A DNA stretch of 64,000 bases, taken from the IMG/VR virus record IMGVR_UViG_3300032007_001569, one strand, 5' to 3'. Positions within the stretch are counted from its first letter, which is position 1; every line of letters begins with the position of its first letter. This document shows positions 38,173 to 46,733 of the stretch, piece after piece. The notes under the pieces were generated by a model, which saw nothing but the letters and a program-made list of their open reading frames with translations, ran no database searches and had not been told where the DNA came from. The position numbers were made by a program, and so were the translations under genes. This DNA is from a virus. Taxonomy: Duplodnaviria > Heunggongvirae > Uroviricota > Caudoviricetes.

Positions 38173-38441
38173 GAATCCGGTCTCTAAACAGCAAAACTTG
38201 ACCGGCGCGCGAGAGCAGATGCCGCACTCTCAACACAGTTTTTCGAGGGGCGTCCAGTTGGCACTTTGGTAGGACGTGATTACGCCGGGGTTACACCGAC
38301 AACCTCTATTGCAGACCCCATGTGACACTCGCGACGTGATGATAACCTATCCGCGCCGCGAGCGCCTGTTTCACGAGCTGGCCTACCCGACCGCATTGGC
38401 ATTCCGGCCTTCTGACCGGCGCTGTTTGCGGTGAAGTATAG

Positions 38442-38513
38442 AGCAGACAACGGGGATTGAACCCGCATTTCCGGCTTGGGAAGCCGGGGTGCTACCGATT
38501 ACACCATACCTGC
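38442..38513 (-). tRNA. tRNA-Gly (anticodon CCC)
   Basis: Anticodon arm CCGGC-TTCCCAA-GCCGG, T arm GCGGG-TTCAATC-CCCGT, and an acceptor with two GU pairs. Confidence 0.6.
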
Positions 38514-38617
38514 ATCCGGGGCGGTTTGCGTTGCGTCATGCTGCGCGCCGCAATGCGCAACGCCGATTCTCTGCGGCATTTTGGGACGCACACCGCCAGC
38601 TTTCCCACAATACTATT

Positions 38618-38692
38618 TGGTGCCGCATATGGTGGAGCGTGCGGGTTCTGCCCCCGCAACCTTCGGCTTGCAAAGCCGACGCGCTACTGTTG
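38618..38692 (-). tRNA. tRNA-Ala-like (anticodon TGC) with non-canonical D and T loops; encoded CCA
   Basis: Anticodon arm TCGGC-TTTGCAA-GCCGA. The D loop AACAGTA lacks G18G19 and the T loop GGCAGAA lacks TTC. Confidence 0.45.
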
Positions 38693-38872
38693 CGCCAACG
38701 CCCCATTTACGTGTTCCAGATGCGGTGTGATATGTGTCTTTGGCTTATGGCCGTTCAGACCAAGGCGTCTGTTGTACACCATCCGCTTACCATATCTCCT
38801 TGCATCTGGCATTGTCATTCTCTCTGAGGCATTACGTATGCTCTCAGATCATCCAGGCCGCTACCCGACTTC

Positions 38873-38946
38873 TGGCACTTTGGATAAGAATTGAACTCAT
38901 ACCTATGACCACAAGGTCATCGTGCTATCCTTTACACCACCAAAGT
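38873..38946 (-). tRNA. tRNA-like gene with a 6-nt anticodon loop (CTTGTG; Thr-TGT-like) and encoded CCA
   Basis: Acceptor ACTTTGG/CCAAAGT + G + CCA, and T arm ATGAG-TTCAATT-CTTAT. The anticodon stem ATGAC/GTCAT encloses only 6 nt. Confidence 0.4.
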
Positions 38947-38988
38947 ATAGTCCGCATAGCTCATCGCTGTAAGCCTTAATGCGGATGA

Positions 38989-39076
38989 TGCGGGCGACTG
39001 GATTTGAACCAGCAAAGGCCAATTAAGACCAGTCGGCTTCTAAGGCCGATGCGTGTGCCAATTTCGCCACGCCCGC
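38989..39076 (-). tRNA. tRNA-Leu (anticodon TAG), class II
   Basis: Acceptor GCGGGCG/CGCCCGC, anticodon arm TCGGC-CTTAGAA-GCCGA, a variable arm with a 4-bp stem, and T arm GCTGG-TTCAAAT-CCAGT. Confidence 0.7.
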
Positions 39077-39120
39077 AAGATCGGCGGAAATCGAACGCTC
39101 TACCCAAAGAAATGCTAGAT

Positions 39121-39144
39121 AGAAGGATGAACGTTCCAGCCGCC
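39121..39144 (+). repeat. Copy A1 of the conserved motif AGAAGGATGA-N-agccg
   Basis: agaaggatgaacgttccagccgcc; see the finding on the 5-copy motif. Confidence 0.6.
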
Positions 39145-39260
39145 TTTGAAGGAAATCGGAAATTTGAAGCTCTTTCTTTCACTTTGCTCTACCAACTGAG
39201 CTACATCGCCGGTAACGGCGATGGCTGGAGTCGAACCAGCGACACAAGCCTTGGCATAGA

Positions 39261-39282
39261 AGAAGGATGAGCTTCACAGCCG
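39261..39282 (+). repeat. Copy A2 of the conserved motif
   Basis: agaaggatgagcttcacagccg. Confidence 0.6.
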
Positions 39283-39302
39283 ATCACCTTTCAACTGTAC
39301 TT

Positions 39303-39331
39303 ATTATAACACCGTTAATCTATTTTGTCAA
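39303..39331 (-). promoter_or_regulatory. sigma70-type promoter P4, positioned to drive the tRNA array
   Basis: Minus strand TTGACAAAATAGATTAACGGTGTTATAAT with upstream AAATATTTCAAGAAAAATTGTCAAAAGG. The next downstream features are tRNAs at 39288 to 36220. Confidence 0.6.
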
Positions 39332-39363
39332 TACCTTTTGACAATTTTTCTTGAAATATTTTT

Positions 39364-41604
39364 TTAGAGCAGTTCGCCCATGAAATAATCCACATCATAC
39401 GGCGTGATGACGGGAATCTGCGTCTCTTCCCCATCGAGACCAACGCGGTAAACGGGCGTATTGTCCGGGCTGAAGATAATGTCTGCATCCTGCTTGTCGG
39501 CCACATGGAGACCCCGCGCGGCCATATTGAGCGCAATCAGATCATACATGTTCGGCTTGGCAATGTCCGTAAAGGCTTCGCAGATTACCTTGACGCGGTT
39601 GTAGTTTGTCGCCGCATTGTTCGGCCTACATACCGTATATCTTGATTCATACAGATCAAGATTCATGTCCATCCAGATAAAGCGCTTTTCAACGCAGTCG
39701 AACAGAACGGGGACGCTTGTTGTGCTGTTTGTCTGCAGTTTGATCGCCATTTCGACCGTGGACGGCTCGAAGATTTCTCCGTCGTCCAGGCCGCTCCGCT
39801 CCATCCAGCCAAACCGACAATTCGGCAAATTGCAAAACGGAATGCGCGTGAAGGCATAGACCTGATACGCGATATATCGCCCGCCGTTTCTGGTAACACT
39901 GTCGATGTCAACATCCAGAAACTCCGCGACGCCATCGCCGTCAACGGAGCCTCCGTCTACAATGTCACCGGAATGGTAGCCCTTAAACTTATCATCGCGC
40001 ATGTTATAGTAGGCAACTTCACCCATTCGGTTGAAGTCTTTATCCAGGACTGTCGCGGAAAGGTCAATGTCAACACGGTTATATTCCGTATTCGTCCACC
40101 AGATGAAGCCGCGCACGACCTTGGCGTCGCTGCCAATCGGAACCTTACTGCCCCTAGTCAGCGTCTTGTTTCCGCTGGACGCGCTACGCTGGCTGAAAGG
40201 CACAATGTAGTCCTTCATGGCTTCGTCGATGTATACGCAGCCCATGTTGTCGCGCTTTGCGTAGTTGATCTTCAGCGCTCGCTCACAGATATTGACCACC
40301 GTGTGACAAATCCCGTCAGTCATTTCCGGCAATTCATTTGGAATAATAATTGCCTTGGCGACATTGCCCTTCGGGAAGAATACCCTTGTTTCGCGCTTCT
40401 TTCCGCGCTCAATGAAAGACTGACGAACCTGCAGGAGAACAGATGTTGAAACCTTGTCGGCAATCATGGCGAAATGATTGATAACCGTGTTGACTTCGGC
40501 ACGATCCTTTGCATCGCGGATGAGCTTGTCAAGCCGTCGCGCAAATTCGCCCGGCCTCTTCATCAATAGCTCAGATACTTCAACGACATTATGCTTCTCC
40601 AGTCCGGTTTCAACCTGACCACCGAAATAGAGCGGCTTCTTTTCCTCGCGCAACATGTGGAAACAGTCGCGCACATTCTGATATTGACCACCCATAAACT
40701 CCGCAGGATGGATGATCTCGCCAATGCGCAACCATTCGTCACGATAACGGAACAGGTCTTCGTCGATCCTGCCCAGCTTCGCTAGGAGCTTCATGATGAA
40801 CCGGCGCTCAGGGCGACGCATGTGCTTGAACCTCGTCTCACTGGCAAGGCTCAAATCGCCATCAGACATGGCGACAATCAGGCGAAGAACGTCTGTGGCC
40901 GTGTTCATATACTTGCTGACAGCCTCGAAATTCCCTTCTGGGTTATTCTTCATCAGGAGATTGGCAATATAGGCCGCATTCTCCTTCATGGGAATCACGT
41001 CGGGCAGACGCTCAATCAGCGCGGGATATGAGGCAAAGATCGTCTTGATGTCCTCCAAATCCTGCTTGGACAAGGATGTCTTTGAGGCACATAGATTGAC
41101 GAGAATTTCACCCAAATCATTCTCATTGCCGATGCTCAGGACTGTCTTTTTGCCCGCGTTCAGAAGAGGCATACGAGGCTCAGACTTATACTCCGGCATC
41201 CATTGTCCAGCCGTGAAGTAGTGGAGAATTGCGTTGACAAACAGCTCCGCGTCGGACGCCTCCGCCACCTGCTGTGGGAAATTCGGGTACATGGGCTTAT
41301 AGGTCACGTCAGCACCGCGCAACGCCTTGAGCATGGGAAGGAGTGCTTCATGAAGCCCGATGAGCGCCGGGCGGGTGTATGTCATGAGAACCTTCAGCAC
41401 GTCGAAATCAAAAGTATAGCCCAGCGCCTCAACGTTGTTTGTTACGGCGACGACATAGCGGGCAATCTCTGTCTGCGCGCCTTCAACCTGGTCGAAGTGC
41501 GTGTCCATCGGCTGGATGGTCAGCTTGTTCTTTCGGCGCAAGAGGATTTCGCTGATGTTGAACTCCATTGTATCAATCCTTTCAAAATAAAAGTAGGAAA
41601 TCAT
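39364..41604 (-). CDS. Large protein with a C-terminal TerD-like (Ca-binding tellurite-resistance/stress) domain
   Basis: SGDIVDGGSVDGDGVAEFLDVDIDSV...RYIAYQVYAF matches the TerD pattern GDxxxG..DGDG..E.L.VDL....I.F.V.IY. The N-terminal roughly 500 aa are unassigned. Confidence 0.45.
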   Translation of the reverse strand: MISYFYFERIDTMEFNISEILLRRKNKLTIQPMDTHFDQVEGAQTEIARYVVAVTNNVEALGYTFDFDVLKVLMTYTRPALIGLHEALLPMLKALRGADVTYKPMYPNFPQQVAEASDAELFVNAILHYFTAGQWMPEYKSEPRMPLLNAGKKTVLSIGNENDLGEILVNLCASKTSLSKQDLEDIKTIFASYPALIERLPDVIPMKENAAYIANLLMKNNPEGNFEAVSKYMNTATDVLRLIVAMSDGDLSLASETRFKHMRRPERRFIMKLLAKLGRIDEDLFRYRDEWLRIGEIIHPAEFMGGQYQNVRDCFHMLREEKKPLYFGGQVETGLEKHNVVEVSELLMKRPGEFARRLDKLIRDAKDRAEVNTVINHFAMIADKVSTSVLLQVRQSFIERGKKRETRVFFPKGNVAKAIIIPNELPEMTDGICHTVVNICERALKINYAKRDNMGCVYIDEAMKDYIVPFSQRSASSGNKTLTRGSKVPIGSDAKVVRGFIWWTNTEYNRVDIDLSATVLDKDFNRMGEVAYYNMRDDKFKGYHSGDIVDGGSVDGDGVAEFLDVDIDSVTRNGGRYIAYQVYAFTRIPFCNLPNCRFGWMERSGLDDGEIFEPSTVEMAIKLQTNSTTSVPVLFDCVEKRFIWMDMNLDLYESRYTVCRPNNAATNYNRVKVICEAFTDIAKPNMYDLIALNMAARGLHVADKQDADIIFSPDNTPVYRVGLDGEETQIPVITPYDVDYFMGELL

Positions 41605-41720
41605 GGCGGCTGAATTGTGGTCATGGGCGACAACCCATGTAATTTCAAAGAAGGAAGCCGCCGTATAGCCTAAACCATATCCACCGGAAATTGAGGCATC
41701 AAGTTACATCCAAAAATAAC

Positions 41721-41743
41721 AGAAGGATGACGCCTCATAGCCG
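41721..41743 (+). repeat. Copy A3 of the conserved motif
   Basis: agaaggatgacgcctcatagccg. Confidence 0.6.
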
Positions 41744-41761
41744 GATGGGCGATTGATTATC

Positions 41762-42304
41762 TTACGGCCATTCGCCCAGCGGACACGCGGCCTTCTGCGT
41801 GCCGTACAGCGCTCCCGTCTCCTCGGGGAGATCGGTGCAGAAGAACACGCCTTCCATCACGCCGAACAGATTGTGGGCGATATTTTCGTAGAGCGTGCTG
41901 CACTGTCCGTAGATGTCGCCAAGGTCATCATTAAAATACTGAACGACCTTATTCTTGAACACGACATAGGTCAGATCATTTGTGAAAATGCCCCTGATGC
42001 GCTTCACAAACGAGAACGCATCGTTCCCCTTGAACGCGGTCTGGAACACGTCAGCCATAGCGGTGGGCACACCGACAAAACCATTGGCCGGAACCACATT
42101 GACATACAGCGTGACGTTGCCAAATTCCTTCTGGTCTGGAAGGAGCTGGGACAGCGCCTCCGCCTTTGCACCGCTATCGACATACAGCGTCAGCCGATAA
42201 TTTTCATCGTCAAAGACGACATGCACTTCGGGATCGTGACGGAACATCTCTGCCGTTTCTTTTGCGAAAGTGACCCACGGTGGGGCGAGTTTAATCTTTG
42301 CCAT
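41762..42304 (-). CDS. hypothetical protein
   Basis: 180-aa ORF flanked by motif copies A3 and A4. Confidence 0.4.
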   Translation of the reverse strand: MAKIKLAPPWVTFAKETAEMFRHDPEVHVVFDDENYRLTLYVDSGAKAEALSQLLPDQKEFGNVTLYVNVVPANGFVGVPTAMADVFQTAFKGNDAFSFVKRIRGIFTNDLTYVVFKNKVVQYFNDDLGDIYGQCSTLYENIAHNLFGVMEGVFFCTDLPEETGALYGTQKAACPLGEWP

Positions 42305-42384
42305 TTATCTTTTCTCCTTTTCTGTTCGTGTCGTTTGGAAAATGCGGAAATCGGGCGATCAAACAATATCGTCTATTAAAAGGA

Positions 42385-42407
42385 AGAAGGATGACCGCCC
42401 ATAGCCG
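42385..42407 (+). repeat. Copy A4 of the conserved motif
   Basis: agaaggatgaccgcccatagccg. Confidence 0.6.
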
Positions 42408-42475
42408 CAAAGTGACTGTGCTCCCTTCGGAAATCAAAGCGCCAGAACATCAATAATTACCACTTATTTGTTAAT

Positions 42476-42497
42476 AGAAGGATGACGCTTTCAGCCG
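42476..42497 (+). repeat. Copy A5 of the conserved motif
   Basis: agaaggatgacgctttcagccg. It directly abuts the 3' end of tRNA-Lys. Confidence 0.6.
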
Positions 42498-42510
42498 AAG
42501 GCCGACGAGC

Positions 42511-42585
42511 TGGTGGCCTGACCGGGAGTCGAACCCGGCATATGCACATTAAAAGTGTGCTGCCATACCGCTTGGCTACCAGGCC
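42511..42585 (-). tRNA. tRNA-Lys (anticodon TTT), encoded CCA
   Basis: Acceptor GGCCTGG/TCAGGCC, D arm GCCA-AGCGGTA-TGGC, anticodon arm GCACA-CTTTTAA-TGTGC, T arm CCGGG-TTCGACT-CCCGG, and a 3' ACCA. Confidence 0.8.
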
Positions 42586-42666
42586 AGATAGTGTCGGTCT
42601 CTCCCGACTGCCAATCCTCTTTGTTCATTTGAAATGTTGCTTTTGAGGATTCAGCGCACCTTTCAT

Positions 42667-42754
42667 TTGGCGACGGCGGCTGGATTTGAACCAGCGGAGG
42701 CGCGAGCCTCGGCGGTTTTCAAGACCGCTGCAATAAGCCACTCTGCCACGCCGC
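42667..42754 (-). tRNA. tRNA-Ser (anticodon TGA), class II, encoded CCA
   Basis: Acceptor GGCGGCG/CGCCGTC, anticodon arm GCGGT-CTTGAAA-ACCGC, a 16-nt variable arm, T arm GCTGG-TTCAAAT-CCAGC, and a 3' GCCA. Confidence 0.75.
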
Positions 42755-42758
42755 CGCA

Positions 42759-43106
42759 TTATTCCCAGCCTAAAAACTCATACATCCTTTTGAGATCGTC
42801 TGGATCGTCAAGGCGGAATGAATAGCTTTCATTGCCACTATACAATGTTATCACATAGATGCTACCATCTCGTGTGTCAAACTTGAAACTGACATACTTA
42901 AACATACGCCGCCCTTCATGGTTCACATCGGCCATATTCGCCCAGCTATTCATGAACATGATGTTGTCATATATCTTGCTGACTTCCTGAATCGTCATCA
43001 GACAACCTCCATGGTTTATGATCGGGCGTGGATTTGCACCACGCATGTATGTTGCCATACCGTTTATTAGGCTACATGGAAGGACATTACATCTTCGTGC
43101 TCCCAC
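42759..43106 (-). CDS. hypothetical protein
   Basis: 115-aa ORF. Confidence 0.35.
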   Translation of the reverse strand: MGARRCNVLPCSLINGMATYMRGANPRPIINHGGCLMTIQEVSKIYDNIMFMNSWANMADVNHEGRRMFKYVSFKFDTRDGSIYVITLYSGNESYSFRLDDPDDLKRMYEFLGWE

Positions 43107-43182
43107 TTAACTGGTGGGCGCTACTGATTCTCGCTACACACAACCAACGCCTGTCTACCTTATTCCAGCACCGATCAGACTG

Positions 43183-43482
43183 TTACCACAATTCATTCTG
43201 CAGGTCATAGTGCTTCCGATAGGCATTGCCATCTGAAACATCTTCGCTGTGCCTGACACGGCGATTCGACTGCTGCTTCAAAAACCGCTTGCGCTCACTG
43301 CTGCTGTTCTCCTTGACGTGGTTTCCGGTGACAATCCACCTTCCATCCACATACTCTTCCTTCACCCAGCCGACAAACGGCAGATACCGACCGGCCACAA
43401 TTTCCAGCAGACGCCTCCGCGCCTTGCGCTGTACCTTACGGCGATAACCACGATCCCTGTTCCTGGCGATTCTCTCTTCCAT
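43183..43482 (-). CDS. hypothetical basic protein
   Basis: 99 aa, rich in Arg and Lys. Confidence 0.3.
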   Translation of the reverse strand: MEERIARNRDRGYRRKVQRKARRRLLEIVAGRYLPFVGWVKEEYVDGRWIVTGNHVKENSSSERKRFLKQQSNRRVRHSEDVSDGNAYRKHYDLQNELW

Positions 43483-43589
43483 TTATCATCCCTCCTGATA
43501 AATTGGCTGAGGCTGTGAGGGTCGAACTCACATTGCGGGAGTCAAAGTCCCGTGTCCTACCGTTTGAACGAAACCTCATTGTGCCGGAA

Positions 43590-44708
43590 TTATCCGGCCT
43601 TGCGAGACTGATACCATTCGTTCCACTTGTTGATCACCGCTCTCTGTTGCGGCGTGACATCATTGTTATAGGCTTGCTTCGCATGGACGATCTTTCCGCC
43701 GACAACTTCCAGCGTAACGAGGGAGTGCTCCAAATTGTCTTTGTTTCTCATGAAAAGGATGTCGCACTCTCCGTCTATCACCTTGTCGATATATGAGGCA
43801 ACGCAATTATTCTGCTGGACGGCTTCATCCTTAATACTCTGCGTCGTTCGAGGATAAATAAAGGCATACGCGCCGATTGTTTGCTCCATTTCCTTCTTTA
43901 CGCGCCTGGCGAACATCTCTTCATTAAACTCTTTCTTCATGCGTTGATAATTTCGCATGACAATATCGTGGGTCGTTCTCAGGTAGCGCGGGTAGCGGTC
44001 AAACTTCGGGCTGATTGCGCTCATCATGGAGCATGTATCCCGCAAATTTCTGAAAGCATCCCAAGGGTCAAGGGCTTCATAGGTGGCAAGCCTGTCAAGG
44101 TATAGCATCAAAGACTTCATCGTGTAGCCATACTGCTTGATAAACTCCGAAACATACATGCGCCTTTGGCCGTTATAGAAATACTGCGTCAGAAGTTTAT
44201 AGACATCGTTCGGCCCGAGCGTCACATAGGGTAAGCTGAAAGCCAGCGTATAACCGTTTGGGTCTTCCTTGTACCCATCAATGAGAGGCGCAGTCAACAT
44301 CAAGTCGTGTTTGCGACAAATGCGGATGAGGTTTGTCGGCACATCGGCGAAATTGTAGCATCCAATGTTTGTAGAGACTTTCTTTAACCCCGCCGAGAAA
44401 TACTGCTCAAACTTGCTGTATTCCGGCACATGCAACAGGATGGTTCCAATGTTGCTGATGCGGACGCCGCATGACATTTGCGCGTTCATGATAAACTTGA
44501 TAAAGTTTCCGTAGCGCTCGTCCTCGCATCCGTCGATCATATCCTGAACGCTGAAGCTGGCAAGCTGACGCCTGATGTCCTTAACCGGCTGGCCGTTCAG
44601 ACCGTATGCCGTCTTTGTGGCAAAATCATAGGAGATCGTTCCGCCTTGGATTACCCGCTCGAAGACCAGCAAAGGCCCATCCTTATGCACCCTCAAATAA
44701 TCCTTCAC
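43590..44708 (-). CDS. hypothetical protein
   Basis: 372-aa ORF directly downstream of the strong promoter P5. Confidence 0.4.
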   Translation of the reverse strand: MKDYLRVHKDGPLLVFERVIQGGTISYDFATKTAYGLNGQPVKDIRRQLASFSVQDMIDGCEDERYGNFIKFIMNAQMSCGVRISNIGTILLHVPEYSKFEQYFSAGLKKVSTNIGCYNFADVPTNLIRICRKHDLMLTAPLIDGYKEDPNGYTLAFSLPYVTLGPNDVYKLLTQYFYNGQRRMYVSEFIKQYGYTMKSLMLYLDRLATYEALDPWDAFRNLRDTCSMMSAISPKFDRYPRYLRTTHDIVMRNYQRMKKEFNEEMFARRVKKEMEQTIGAYAFIYPRTTQSIKDEAVQQNNCVASYIDKVIDGECDILFMRNKDNLEHSLVTLEVVGGKIVHAKQAYNNDVTPQQRAVINKWNEWYQSRKAG

Positions 44709-44741
44709 GCTTCCGTTTGCCTCCTTTCAACTTACGGGACT

Positions 44742-44770
44742 ATTATAACTCGGGTTTTCGCTATTGTCAA
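44742..44770 (-). promoter_or_regulatory. sigma70-type promoter P5 (conserved module)
   Basis: Minus strand AAAAATTTCAAAAACCTATTGACAATAGCGAAAACCCGAGTTATAAT. Confidence 0.65.
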
Positions 44771-44789
44771 TAGGTTTTTGAAATTTTTT

Positions 44790-45560
44790 TCAAAGAAAAT
44801 TTTTACCGCTCCCCGCCTCTTCGATCCGGCGTTTTGCAATATCGAAATACTTTGGTTCAAGCTCGAAGCCAACGTACTTCCTGCCGCAATCCATCGCCGC
44901 CACGCAGGTGCTCCCCGACCCCATACAGCTATCCAGCACCACTTCGCCAGGCTCCGTATAGGATTTAATGAGCCATTCCAGAAGCTCAACGGGTTTTTGC
45001 GATGGATGAAGAAATTCCTTGTGTTCAGGCTGGATGTCGATGACTGATTTCGGGAATTTCTCGTCTGAGATGACGGACTGAACCTCGATGAAGCTCCCAT
45101 AGCAATTATTGTTTGTCCGCCCAGCCAGATTGCCGCGCCCATGATTGCGCTGGTGCGGCTCGCACTTCACCATCTGCGGATGAAATGTGGGCAGCTTCTT
45201 ATAGAATACGGCGATGTCCTCGTGGTTTCTTAATGGCATTCGGTTTGCATTCAGAAAACCGGACACGCGCTCGCCTTTCTTCCAGATGAGGTTGTAGCGC
45301 CACATCTTCCGATTGGACAACATCAAATCGGCTGTAAATAGACCTGAACCGAAGAGCACGATTGCGCCGTTGTCCTTTATGACGCGGTTGTAGGAAGCCC
45401 ACAGCGCGTCGAATGGAATGACGGAATCCCACTTGGCGTTCGCGTTGCCCTTATTAAGCACGCCATATGGCAGATCACAGAGAATCATGTCGATGGATTT
45501 ATCCGGCAACTCCTTCATCAATTCCAGACAATCGCCTTGGTTAATGTAGCTCTCCATCAT
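44790..45560 (-). CDS. DNA methyltransferase, beta-class (N6-adenine or N4-cytosine)
   Basis: Motif IV-like DLPYG is followed later by motif I VVLDSCMGSGSTCVAA. The IV-then-I order defines the beta class. Confidence 0.7.
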   Translation of the reverse strand: MMESYINQGDCLELMKELPDKSIDMILCDLPYGVLNKGNANAKWDSVIPFDALWASYNRVIKDNGAIVLFGSGLFTADLMLSNRKMWRYNLIWKKGERVSGFLNANRMPLRNHEDIAVFYKKLPTFHPQMVKCEPHQRNHGRGNLAGRTNNNCYGSFIEVQSVISDEKFPKSVIDIQPEHKEFLHPSQKPVELLEWLIKSYTEPGEVVLDSCMGSGSTCVAAMDCGRKYVGFELEPKYFDIAKRRIEEAGSGKNFL

Positions 45561-46078
45561 ATCCCCTCGGCGTTCTCCAGCATATGTTGATTCACACGAT
45601 CCAAAAAATCCGCAAACTTCTTTGCGCGCTCATCGGTCAGCCGGAATCGATAATCCTTGTTCATCCAGTTGCTGAACACCGAGAATTGAATCATGTCTGG
45701 GCTGTAATCCCACTTTGGACGCCTCCGCCCGCGCTGGAACTCAATCTCCCATATGGAACCTTCCTGCCCCGGCGAATAGAGACATGACCTGCTGTTGTGC
45801 GCCAGAACATAGCGAATGGATTCACTCAAATCCGTCAGCGCCGAGCACTCATCGCAGCCGATGCGGAACAGAACCCGCGTTGGTTCAGACTGATATTTGT
45901 GGATGATCGCCCAAGAATAGTAAACCTTATAGACGGCGTTGAACGACTTAGGCGGCTTATCCTCTTCAAAGCCGTGCATGTGCGAGCTTTTCGGGTAAAA
46001 GCGAAAAACGATGTCGTTATCTTCGTCATCCCATATATCGTGCCCGATGACGAAATCCATACGCCGTTCCTTACTCAT
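45557..46078 (-). CDS. hypothetical protein
   Basis: The start was moved to the internal Met MSKERRMDF to reduce overlap with the upstream gene. Confidence 0.35.
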   Translation of the reverse strand: MSKERRMDFVIGHDIWDDEDNDIVFRFYPKSSHMHGFEEDKPPKSFNAVYKVYYSWAIIHKYQSEPTRVLFRIGCDECSALTDLSESIRYVLAHNSRSCLYSPGQEGSIWEIEFQRGRRRPKWDYSPDMIQFSVFSNWMNKDYRFRLTDERAKKFADFLDRVNQHMLENAEGI

Positions 46079-46733
46079 TGCGCGTTCCTCCCAAATGTAG
46101 CTCTGTAATATCCATGAATGCACCGCAACAGGGACAAGCGCTTCGCGTTGCCTTGGCCATAGCGCCGCAAATGGAACAGGTAAAGTGATCTCCGCCATTG
46201 CCTATCGCTATCCACCGCCCGTGAATCAGGCCGTCCGTATGCTCAAATTTCATATCCTGCCGCATTTGCTCAACGACACGATTAAACCGCGCTTCAAAAT
46301 CTTCATGGCTGATTTCCTGATACTCGCTTGACAGTTTCTCGTATGGATCTTGCGCATCGCACGACTTTGAATAGAGCGTATCCTCATCGAATGGGATAAA
46401 CCCATCGAGTGGATAGACGGCTTCGCTGGCTTCCTCATCATGAGCCACGCCAGGAATATAGAGCACGGGATATTGATATGGATTAAAGTCGTAATGGATG
46501 CCTATCAGACGTGGGCGCGGCACATCCAGAATTTTCACGAAGCCATTTTTACCCGGATGGTTGAATGTGTCGGCCACAAAGCAGCGCCCCACATTGACGT
46601 CAAGCCGATTGATGATAAGCTCTCGCCTTCGACCTTCCAGCTCCCGCAGTCTGCCATTGAGCGGCGTTATCTGGTTATTGAGATTGCGCCGCTCTTCATC
46701 GATCAGGCGAAGTAATTCATAGGTGTCACTCAT
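46071..46733 (-). CDS. hypothetical protein with a C-terminal Cys cluster
   Basis: 220 aa with CSICG...CPCCG. Confidence 0.35.
   Translation of the reverse strand: MSDTYELLRLIDEERRNLNNQITPLNGRLRELEGRRRELIINRLDVNVGRCFVADTFNHPGKNGFVKILDVPRPRLIGIHYDFNPYQYPVLYIPGVAHDEEASEAVYPLDGFIPFDEDTLYSKSCDAQDPYEKLSSEYQEISHEDFEARFNRVVEQMRQDMKFEHTDGLIHGRWIAIGNGGDHFTCSICGAMAKATRSACPCCGAFMDITELHLGGTRNE

Larger units (their letters stand above)
39081..39288 (-). pseudogene. Two tandem decayed tRNA-like pseudogenes (paralogous acceptor GGCGATG/CATCGCC)
   Basis: Unit 1 (about 39216-39288) has a good T arm GCTGG-TTCGACT-CCAGC and 3' acceptor CATCGCC, but a corrupted 5' half. Unit 2 (5' end at 39210) has a perfect acceptor and D arm GGCGATGTAGCTCAGTTGGTAGAGC, followed by a scrambled body and a remnant GTAGAGCGTTCGATTTCC. 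Confidence 0.45.

Noticed and set aside
39121-42497. AGAAGGATGA motif as RBS plus start codon of small plus-strand peptides
   Set aside because: The SD-like AGAAGG abuts the ATG with no spacer. The peptides downstream (9-54 aa) share no amino-acid conservation, whereas the nucleotide motif itself is conserved. So the signal is at the DNA or RNA level.
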